64,000 bases of DNA from NCBI GenBank assembly GCA_964016885.1, contig OZ024744.1:30008001-30072000 (forward strand), given 5' to 3'. A program made the translations under genes and the position numbers. Under the pieces are notes generated by a model, which worked only from the letters and a program-made list of their open reading frames with translations, did not search any database and was not told the DNA's origin. Below, piece by piece: positions 39,467-49,400 of this stretch (positions within the stretch are counted from its first letter, which is position 1; each line of letters starts with the position of its first letter). Source of the DNA: Eledone cirrhosa (lineage: Eukaryota).

Positions 39467-40072
39467 TGGTGGCTGCCAACTCGTTTTCGAGTCCGGCCAC
39501 TACTTTATATCCATGTAGGAGAACCCCTACCGATGCGCTGAACAAGTGTGACTTTTTAGTCCAGCCAGCGACTTGAAAACTCTGGTACAAACACTACACT
39601 TGTGACAATTATTGACACATAGTGCTGGGCCCATGGCACCATGTGATGACAAGTGCAGAGAGATCTCCAGATATAAAGCAATGCCTGTGCCGCGAAGCTT
39701 TTATAGTGAGCAAAGGCACTGCACAAAGCCAGTCCCACTCTCTTAACCAAGATGATATTTACCAAAAAGAAGAACACGTCAACATCATTGGATACCATCA
39801 GGGTTGCAGGTGTTATATCAGTTTTCCTTCTCCTAGAATTCTGCCTTGACAAAGGCTAAAGGGTCATCTCTCCCGGTGATTTTGGATGGCCATTGACTCT
39901 TAAGAGCTCCTTTGCCCTTTGACAGGTTTTGTTTTTAGTCTTGCAGGATATCCAAAGTCACCCTCCTCACCAAGAAACCTTGGTGGGGTTGCCAGTTTAG
40001 TCGCCAACGACCCGACCATGGGACAGGTTGTACTGGAATTCATGTTGCCGGTAGCACCAACTGGTGACCTGA
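39467..40072 (-). mobile_element. Interspersed repeat copy 2, probable 5' UTR of the adjacent RTE element
   Basis: 39820-40072 is homologous to 36686-36949. It lies 5' of the RT region on the minus strand and is followed by (CATA/CAGA)n at 40073-40120. Confidence 0.6.
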
Positions 40073-40490
40073 CACATATATACATACATACAGACAGACA
40101 GACAAACATACAGACATACAGGCATTTAATAAAGAAACAATGGTAAGATTTTCACAATAATAAAAATATACATAAATCTCTTTCCAGACAATAATGATAA
40201 ATAGAGGAATTATTTCTTTAAACATTCTCAGGAGAACAATTAATAAAACTACTTTAATTGTGAGAATATGAGTCGATTTTACTTTCTTAATTGGAAAAAC
40301 TAATCAAATTGCAGTAAATTACTGTCATTGTGTTTTTATTTTTTATTTCATGTTATTTTTTTTGTTTATTTTTTTTATTATTTTTTTTTATTATTATTTT
40401 GTTTCATTTTTTTTTTCTATCCTTTAAGCTAATTTAATAACTTTTTATGTTGAAACCCAATATTACTGAAGTTACAATGTTTTTATGACG

Positions 40491-40531
40491 TGTATATGTG
40501 TGTATATATATATATCTATCTACATATACAT

Positions 40532-40607
<76 letters not shown>

Positions 40608-40632
40608 ATATACAGATACATATATATATATA
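40491..40632. repeat. Compound (TA)n(TG)n microsatellite
   Basis: Read directly. Confidence 0.96.
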
Positions 40633-40782
40633 CAAAATTATTTTATTTGATTTGAGTGGTGTGATAATTCTGTTTCAGTTTTATAGCAGGCCACCCGACT
40701 ATATCCCATAACTTCATTGGATCTTCACACCGTTTGTTAGAAACATGGCTGCAATGATTTTTAGATATAATTTATGTATAAA

Positions 40783-41198
40783 CTCTCGGGTCCCAAATAA
40801 TAGGGGGAAGTGAAATAAACCTGGTAGTTGGAATAAGTGGGGAAAGGGGTGGAAAAAGAGGGTGGGGTCAGAAAAATGGTAATTTTTCTAGGTTGTTTCA
40901 CTTGATTATTTAAAAACCAGAATTAGTCGTTTAGTTTACATATTAAGACCCCAACCCATCCTCTTTATTTTATAACGTATGAGATTTCTAGTAATGTACT
41001 TTTTTGTCATGTATAATGTTTTTTTTAATGTCTAAAGAAAATGAATTGTCGCAGGAATGCTACTACTTAAAATATTTTGCTGGAGATATATTAACTAAAT
41101 TTAATATGCGGGGGAGGGCAATAAGAGCGGGTAGGGGGTGGACTGAAAAAACTGAAAATTAATAAGCAGGGACGGGGTAATTATTTGAGATCAGAGAG
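40783..41198. mobile_element. MITE-like non-autonomous DNA transposon (~416 bp)
   Basis: Left end CTCTCGGGTCCCAAATAAT versus reverse complement of the right end CTCTCTGATCTCAAATAAT (16/19). Internal AATAAG-G-rich submotifs, no ORF, no clear TSD. Confidence 0.6.
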
Positions 41199-41439
41199 CA
41201 TATACCAGTGGACCAGTGTCATCAATAATGTTGACAATAGCGTTGAATGTATTTGTTTGGTCCATGCTCGATATGTCGTCTATATACCAGAATTACTGCT
41301 TATATGAACAATTATACAAATTAGGAAATTTGTGTTTTGATAAATTAAGGATTTGCATAAGACAAACCCTATAGATTAGGTTGACACGTAGAAGTGATTT
41401 AAGATAAACATCTTTTCTTTTCGACCACATTTCTGAGAG

Positions 41440-41844
41440 GGTCATGGGTGAAGAGTCCTCAAACACTCCCTCCAGCGGGTCCTGTCATGAATGTTATCCA
41501 ACCATCTTGCTAGGGGTCTACCCATGGATTTCCTACCTGTTGGTTTTGCCCGTGATTACTGAATTCTGAAGCTGGCACCTAGGTGCACCAGCTTTTGCAA
41601 TCCTTGCACATAATTCAGCCTCCTGCCTTCTATCACTCGTAAACATGACTCCGAGATACTTAAACAAATCTACCTGCTTCAGTGGAACTCCATTCACATG
41701 TAGCGTGCACAGCGCAGGTTTCCTTGAGAGGACGAGTGTCTCTGTCTTTGCAGCCATGCAGTATTCTGTATCAAACCTATCACGTGCAAATCGATCATCT
41801 TCAAATTCCAGCCGACTGATTTTACACCCGCCAGGCATGAACAT
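41440..41844 (-). mobile_element. Second, internally deleted RTE-like LINE RT fragment
   Basis: KISRLEFEDD (decayed L.FADD), KTETLVLSRK, VNGVPLKQVDLFKYLGVMFTSD.RQEAEL.ARIAKA, followed by a degenerate RP.ARWLDNI..DRTRWRECLR C-terminus. Confidence 0.85.
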
Positions 41845-42027
41845 ATTTTTTATAATTTATTTCTAGGATATAATTATATAAATGTTCAGTATATATGTAC
41901 GGATGACAGGATTAAATGTATGAGTAACTTTGGAGAAATAAATATTTACAGGGGCAAATGTAGGGTATAACCCAGGACCTTGTCACTGGAAAGGAAACTT
42001 TTTATGGTTTCAATTATAAAGAGTTAT

Positions 42028-42345
42028 AAACGCCGGTTACGACGACAAATATTGCAGTTGATACGATCAATAGAACAGCCTGCTCCTGAAATTAATTTGC
42101 AAATGGCTGAGCATTCCACACATACGCGTACCCTTACCGTAGTTCTCAGGGATATTCAGCGTGAACAGAATGTGACAGGGTTGGCCCTTCGAATTACAGG
42201 TACAATTCATTTTGTCACCTGAGTGGACTAGAGCAACATAATATAAAATGTCTTGCTCAGGAATACAATGCGCTGCCGGGAATCGATCTCACGACCTTAC
42301 GATCGTAAGCGAAATACCCTAACCACAAAGCCACGCGCCTTCACA
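42028..42345 (-). mobile_element. tRNA-derived SINE, family A, copy 1
   Basis: Minus-strand head GTGAAGGCGCGTGGCTTTGTGGTTAGGG (A box) ... GAGATCGATTCCCGG (B box), then CTGAGCAAGACATTTTA. Aligns along its length to 45066-45393. Confidence 0.85.
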
Positions 42346-42676
42346 CGGATATATACATGTATAAATATACAAACACACGTGGTATATTAACATGGTTGAT
42401 ATTTATTTATTTTTATTTTTATGTGTTTGAGATTGAAAGTCGTTATGGATTTCATATCAGTATAGATAAGATTAGATAAATTATGTTTTAGAATCAATGA
42501 TTATATGTTTAATTTTCAATAATTTTCAATATTTTGGAAAATGTACCAAATAAACATTTCCATAATAGTACTGTGACCAATAACACCAAATAACTCAAAT
42601 TGTTTATAGACAACTGCGGCAGCAGAGCCCGGCCTATATCTGGAGACGTAAAAAAAAGTCAGCTATTAGCCCGCAA

Positions 42677-43397
42677 ATAATGTTTTCTAAATTTGACACA
42701 AGGCCAGTAATTTAAGGCAAATGAGAAGTCGATTATATTGACCCCAGTATTTGACTGGTTCTTCATTTCATCGATGAAAGGCAAAGATGTCCTTGGTAGG
42801 ATTTGAACTCAGAACGTAAAAAGCCATGCTGCAAAACATTTTGTCCGACGTTCTAACGATTCTGTCAAACCAGCGCCCTAAATAATAGAATAGTTTCTGA
42901 TTTAGGCACATGGCTAGCAATTTGGGGGAGGGGAAAAGTTGATTAAATCGAGATCAGTACGTGACTGGTACTTTATTTTATCGACACCGTAAGGATGAAA
43001 GGCAAAGTTAACATCGGTGGGAATTGAACTCAGAACGTAAAGGGACGTAACTCCATGTCACAAAGCGTGTTGTTGGACGTTCTACCGATATTGCCAATCC
43101 ACAACCGTCATATACATCTAATAATAATGATTTTTAAATAAGGCACAAGGCCAGCAATTTGTAGGGAGGGGAAAGTTGATGCTCTGCCAACAACGCTGCC
43201 AACTTAGCAAAGTTAAATAAAGGAACGTCTATGACATCAACCCAGTAATTAACTGGTATTTTATTTTATCGATTCCAGAATGATGAAAGGTATTATTGAT
43301 CTCGTCAGGATTTGTACACAGAACGTAAAGGGCCATGTTTAAATGCTACACACAACATTTTGTCCGACGCTCTAACGACTCTAGCCTATGCACCGCC
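42677..43397 (-). mobile_element. Three head-to-tail copies of tRNA-derived SINE family B with a Deu/Nin-like central domain
   Basis: Copies at ~42677-42878, ~42888-43107 and ~43120-43397 share GCACAAGGCCAGCAATTT, ACTGGTA.TTTATTTTATCGA, GATGAAAGGCAAAG, TTTGAACTCAGAACGTAAA and TTTGTCCGACG.TCTAACGA. The minus strand shows a GAGTTCAAATCC B box and GCCTTTCATC(C), recalled as Deu/Nin-domain-like. Confidence 0.85.
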
Positions 43398-43542
43398 CTA
43401 TAACCCCCAAATGACTCATATACGGCAGTAGAGATAAAGAGCATGGAGAGGAATAAATCACCTAATAACGATCAACCGTGTACCTTTTAACCAATACAAC
43501 TACCCCGGGGAGATTTCCACCCCAAAAGAAAATGGTGTCTCT

Positions 43543-43725
43543 ATGTACAGCACTACCTGCGACATCTTTCTACAGAACTACAGCCGTTTTATTTGCACCA
43601 CCGCTAACTTTGTGAATTCGTCATACCCAACACTCCGCAATCAAGATGGATCTGTAAGCAGTATCTCAGGGGAAAACATTTCCTCAATTGATTTTCGTCT
43701 CGCTTTTAATATCACAATGTACACA
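43543..43725 (+). mobile_element. Possible CR1/L2-group LINE ORF2 fragment
   Basis: NFVNSSYPTLRNQDGSVSSISGE resembles the linker between endonuclease and RT in CR1/L2-type ORF2. Short and diverged. Confidence 0.35.
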
Positions 43726-43727
43726 CG

Positions 43728-43840
43728 GTAGCGAGTTGGCAGATTCGTTAGAGCGTCAGATAGAATGCTTTGATGCCAGAGCAGAAAGAGCTGCAACGAA
43801 TATCGTAAAGTATTGTAATCAATGTTCTAACGACTCTGTC
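43728..43840. mobile_element. Two inverted SINE-B head fragments forming a fold-back
   Basis: Plus GGCAGATTCGTTAGAGCGTCAGATAGAATGCTTT versus reverse complement of 43807-43840, GACAGAGTCGTTAGAACATTGATTACAATACTTT. Confidence 0.7.
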
Positions 43841-44329
43841 GTTTATTTCCTTTAGAAATACTATTGTCAATAACAGTGCGATAACAAGGTCAGATTTAAA
43901 CATGATGAGACTCTGTCACAATGCTGAATTCAAACATAACCTGTAGCATTAAGAGAGCGAGATTCATAAACAGGGTTTATATGAAATCTCGCTATAGGCA
44001 TTTTAAGCCATGATCCTGTCACAGCCGTCTGAGGGCACAAAGCACTATTATTTCATTTGCATAAACTTCGAGCTGGACGTATTAGTATTAGTTAGCTGTG
44101 GCACTAACACAACGTGATTCATAGTATAGGAGGTATGTTCACAGTTTAAAATACCACTAGCGAGACTTAAGTATGTTTATTCTACATACACATATCGTAT
44201 ATGTTTTCATATACACCTCTATTGTAAACTAAACTACCCGTAACTTAATTACTTTCAGTCCACAGGGGTTTCGAAACAATAAAAAGCCATATAAGTTTTA
44301 AGATCGCGTGGTGCAAATTTTAAAGGATT

Positions 44330-44463
44330 TTCTTATTATAAACGAGAATCTTTAATCTTTAACGAGGGCCTCTAATATTTAACAAAGTGACTCTAATTTT
44401 TAACGAAAGGTTCACTAATTTTTAACAAGGTGTTTCTAATTTTTATCGAGGAATCCTCTAATT
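44330..44463. repeat. Degenerate ~20-22-bp minisatellite, ~6 copies
   Basis: Recurring CTAATTTTTAACGAG(G) core. Confidence 0.75.
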
Positions 44464-44599
44464 GTTATTTTACTTCCCCAAGCCTGGCTGGTGCGCCCTC
44501 TTTATCATTAAGAAAACGTCCCCGAGGAATCAATGTGATCACTGAACCTGTTACATATATCTGTCTAATATTCCTCAAATCCTCATAATACCTTCTTAA

Positions 44600-44824
44600 C
44601 CCTTTCCTTGTCATATTTTTAACTGTCTATCTTTATCAAATCATTTTGGGAAATAATCAAGAATTTAATTATATAACCAACTTTTTCGTTATTAAACATA
44701 ACTTAAGAAAGGTTATTACATAAAATTACTATGGAAAGATTTTAGTTAAATAAAAACCCATTAAAACAAACAGCTTTGGCCTGTAGAACCATTGATAGTT
44801 TCAGGCACTATGATATCGTAAGGG
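44600..44824. mobile_element. piggyBac-type MITE-like element
   Basis: TTAA|CCCTTT ... TAAGGG|TAAA: CCC/GGG termini with a TTAA-like target duplication, AT-rich interior and no ORF. Confidence 0.5.
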
Positions 44825-44935
44825 TAAAGGAAAGAAAGAAAGCAATTTATTTTCTGGTTACATATAAAAAGACGGAAATATCAAGATTTGAACGTGTATA
44901 ATCGGGATTCAAATGGACCGGTATTGGACTCAACG

Positions 44936-45015
44936 TTAAATAACAACAAAAGCTCGATCTGCTGCAAGTATACAAATGAAGTCTGCATAGTTTCCACCTT
45001 CTAGTCCTGGAAATC
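44936..45015 (-). CDS. Candidate small exon (G)FPGLEGGNYADFICILAADRAFVVI*
   Basis: Very strong acceptor CTTGTCTTTTTCTTTGTTTGGGTTTTGCTTTTTTTTATTAG|GA with AG at 45017-45016. Phase-1 frame is open to TAA at 44938-44936. No recognised homology. Confidence 0.35.
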
Positions 45016-45065
45016 CTAATAAAAAAAAGCAAAACCCAAACAAAGAAAAAGACAAGGGCGATGAT

Positions 45066-45393
45066 TAGTTGGACTTCCGTTGCTTCCGACGACGAGTGTT
45101 ATAGTTGATTCAAAACAACGGAGAAGCCTGATGGCGAAATTAACGAGCAAGTGGCTGAGAATTCCACAGACCCGGGTACCGTTCACGTTATTCTCAGGGA
45201 GACTCAGCGAGCCACAGTGAATGATAAGTCCGACCTATTGAATTACAACTACAACACCTTATCATCAACTGAGTGGACTGGAGAAACGTGAAATGAAGTG
45301 TCTTGCTCAAGGACACAGCGCACCACCACGAATCGATCTCATGACCTTCCAATTGTGAGCCAAACACCCTAACCACAAAACCACGCACCTTTA
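45066..45393 (-). mobile_element. tRNA-derived SINE, family A, copy 2
   Basis: Homologous to 42028-42345 (GTGGCTGAG.ATTCCACA, TTCTCAGGGA.A.TCAGCG, CTGAGTGGACT.GAG.AAC, TGTCTTGCTCA.G.A.ACA, AATCGATCTCA.GACCTT, ACCCTAACCACAAA.CCACGC.CCTT). Confidence 0.85.
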
Positions 45394-45537
45394 CAAAAGG
45401 CCATTATATATATGTATTAAATGTACATATATGAGGGCTAGATTCATCATTTTACACCCATTTTTTCATGGTTGCACGTGTTAGGACGGACGTTCAGCGA
45501 ATGGGAATGCAAGAATTCCTTGCAGACTCTCATCGTC

Positions 45538-45672
45538 GGCCGAGTGAACTGAAACAACGTAAAATGAAATACTTTGCTCAAGAACACAATGTGTAACATG
45601 TTCCGATATTTGAACCTACAACTCTATGATCGTTAGCCCAACACACTCATTACTAGGCTACAGGCTTTCACT
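45538..45672 (-). mobile_element. Diverged 5' half of SINE family A
   Basis: CCGAGTGAACTGAAACAACGTAAAATGAAATACTTTGCTCAAGAACACAATG...TTTGAACCTACAAC...TACTAGGCTACAGGCTTTCAC matches the family A head. Confidence 0.7.
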
Positions 45673-45887
45673 AGTAACTTCGTCTTTTTGAAATAACTGC
45701 GACTTAAACTTCTCCATTTCATAACCACCACCATTTCTTATTCTTCTTCTTCTTCTTCTTAGAGATTCTAACCATGTATGATTTTAAATCATAGTAAATA
45801 TATTCATTTTTTTTTCTTCATTCTTTTTTAGTTGCTTTTTTTGTTGTTGCCAAGTGAAGTGAAATCCCGCCCCATCCGCACCCTCAC

Positions 45888-45918
45888 CCTTATCCTGTCC
45901 CTTTTTGGAGAGGATCTC
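45888..45918 (-). CDS. Candidate 31-nt micro-exon EILSKKGQDK(G)
   Basis: CTCCCTTCCTCCCACCTGTATAG|GAGATC...GATAAGG|GTGAGG: pyrimidine tract with AG, and a GTGAG donor. Phase-compatible with the 45015 acceptor. Confidence 0.3.
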
Positions 45919-46030
45919 CTATACAGGTGGGAGGAAGGGAGCATACATGTTTCAACATTTGCCTCCATTTTCTCCTTGTTGAAGTGTCACATGGTATTAG
46001 GTGTATTTTTACGTCACTGAATTCATTATT

Positions 46031-46122
46031 ACTTTGCCTTTTATCCCTCCGGGGTCTATAGAATAAAGTACCAGTAATGCATTGAGTATTTGCTGGCCTT
46101 GTGCCAAAGTAGAAACAATTAT
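46031..46122 (+). mobile_element. SINE family B 3' fragment (Deu/Nin-like domain), plus orientation
   Basis: ACTTTGCCTTTTATCCCTCCGGGGTCTATAGAATAAAGTACCAGT...TTTGCTGGCCTTGTGCCAAA is the reverse complement of the family B copies. Confidence 0.8.
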
Positions 46123-46232
46123 TACTTAAAAAGTGATTATTTTCACACTTATTGAACACTCTGGCTAATAGGTTGCAATGAGAAAAATACTATTTCCGGC
46201 ATGAGTACAAAATATGTATCTATATATTTACA

Positions 46233-46395
<163 letters not shown>

Positions 46396-46420
46396 GGGAT
46401 TCAGCAGATAGAACCATCAA

Positions 46421-49400
46421 ACTCCTAAATCTGACCATAGATACACCTAGAGCACGAAGTAATCACTGTATGTCCCTCTATGTAAATAGGACAGTCACAC
46501 CTACATCTGACTATAGATACACCTAGAACACAAAGTAATCATTTTATGTCCCTCTACGTAAATAGGACAGTCACACCTACATCTGATTATAGATACACCT
46601 AGAACACAAAGTAATCAATGTATGTCCCTCTATGTAAATAGGACAGTCACACCTACATCTGACCATAGATACACCTAGAACACAAAGTAATCACTGTATG
46701 TCCCTCTATGTAAATAGGACAGTCACACCTACATCTGACCATAGATACACCTAGAACACAAAGTAATCACTGTATGTCCCTCTATGTAAATAGGACAGTC
46801 ACACCTACATCTGACAATAGATACACCTAGAACACAAAGTAATCACTGTATGTCCCTCTATGAAAATAGGACAGTCACACCTACATCTGACTAAAGATAC
46901 ACCTAGAACACAAAGTAATCATTTTATGTCCCTCTACGTAAATAGGACACTCACACCTACATCTGACTATAGATACACCTAGAACACAAAGTAATCAATG
47001 TATGTCCCTCTATGTACATAGGACAGTCACACCTACATCTGACCATAGATACACCTAGAACACAAAGTAATCACTGTATGTCCCTCTTTGTAAATAGGAC
47101 AGTCACACCTACATCTGAGAATAGATACACCTAGAACACAAAGTAATCACTGTATGTCCCTCTATGTAAATAGGACAGTCACACCTACATCTGACTATAG
47201 ATACACCTAGAACACAAAGTAAACATTTTATGTCCCTCTACGTAAATAGGACAGTCACACCTACATCTGACTATAGATACACCTAGAACACAAAGTAATC
47301 AATGTATGTCCCTCTATGTAAATAGGACAGTCACACCTACATCTGACCATAGATACACCTAGAACACAAAGTAATCACTGTATGTCCCTCTATGTAAATA
47401 GGACAGTCACACCTACATCTGACCATAGATACACCTAGAACACAAAGTAATCACTGTATGTCCCTCTATGTAAATAGGACAGTCACACCTACATCTGACA
47501 ATAGATACACCTAGAACACAAAGTGATCAATGTATATCCCTCTATGTAAATAGGACAGTCACACCTACATCTGACCATAGATACACCTAGAACACAAAGT
47601 AATCAATTTATGTCCCTCTATGTAAATAGGACAGTCACACCTACCTCTGACCATAGATACACCTCGAACACAAAGTAATCACTGTATGTCCCTCTATGTA
47701 AATAAGACAGTCACACCTAGATCTGACCATAGATACACATATAACACAAAGTAATCGCTGTATGTCCCTCTATGTAAATAAGACAGTCACACCTACATCT
47801 GACTATAGATACACCTAGAACACAAAGTAATCACTGTATGTCCCTCTATGTAAATAGGACAGTCACACCTACATCTGACTATAGATACACCTAGAACACA
47901 AAGTAATCATTTTATATCCCTCTACGTAAATAGGACAGTCACATGTACATCTGACTATAGATACACCTAGAACACAAAGTAATCAATGTATGTCCCTCTA
48001 TGTAAATAGGACAGTCACACCTACATCTGACCATAGATACACCTAGAACACAAAGTAATCACTGTATGTCCCTCTATGTAAATAGGACAGTCACACCTAC
48101 ATCTGACCATAGATACACCTAGAACACAAAGTAATCACTGTATGTCCCTCTATGTAAATAGGACAGACACACCTACATCTGACAATAGATACACCTAGAA
48201 CACAAAGTAATCACTGTATGTCCCTCTATGAAAATAGGACAGTCACACCTACATTTGACTATAGATACACCTAGAACACAAAGTAATCATTTTATGTCCC
48301 TCTACGTAAATAGGACAGTCACACCTACATCTGACTATAGATACACATAGAACACAAAGTAATCAATGTATGTCCCTCTATGTAAATAGGACAGTGACAC
48401 CTACATCTGACCATAGATACACCTAGAACACAAAGTAATCACTGTATGTCCCTCTATGTAAATAGGACAGTCACACCTACATCTGACTATAGATACACCT
48501 AGAACACAAAGTAATCACTGTATGTCCCTCTACGTAAATAGGACAGTCACACCTACATCTGACTACAGATACACCTAGAACACAAAGTAATCAATGTATG
48601 TCCCTCTATGTAAATAGGACAGTCACACCTACATCTGACCATAGATACACCTAGAACACAAAGTAATCACTGTATGTCCCTCTATGTAAATAGTACAGTC
48701 ACACCTACATCTGACCATAGATCCACCTAGAACACAAAGTAATCACGGTATGTCCCTCTATGTAAATAGGACAGTCACACCTACGTCTGACAATAGATAC
48801 ACCTAGAACACAAAGTAATCACTGTATGTCCCTCTATGAAAATAGGACAGTCACACCTACATCTGACTATAGATACACCTAGAACACAAAGTAATCATTT
48901 TATGTCCCTCTACGTAAATAGGACAGTCACACCTACATCTGACTATAGATACACCTAGAACACAAAGTAATCACTGTATGTCCCTCTATGTAAATAGGAC
49001 AGTCACACCTACATCTGACAATAGATACACCTAGAACACAAAGTAATCAATTTGTGTCCCTCTATGTAAATAGGACAGTCACACCTACCTCTGACCATAG
49101 ATACACCTCGAACACAAAGTAATCACTGTATGTCCCTCTATGTAAATAAGACAGTCACACCTAGATCTGACCATAGATACACATATAACACAAAGTAATC
49201 GCTGTATGTCCCTCTATGTAAATAAGACAGTCACACCTACATCTGACTATAAATACACCTAGAACACAAAGTAATCACTGTATGTCCCTCTATGAAAATA
49301 GGACAGTCACACCTACATCTGACTAAAGATACACCTAGAACACAAAGTAATCATTTTATGTCCCTCTACGTAAATAGGACAGTCACACCTACATCTGACT

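Noticed and set aside
42270-42345. tRNA gene
   Set aside because: A/B boxes are present but they belong to a SINE head continuing into a shared SINE body; no convincing cloverleaf.
44055-44062. Octamer motif ATTTGCAT
   Set aside because: A single 8-mer in AT-rich DNA with no linked snRNA or histone gene is expected by chance.
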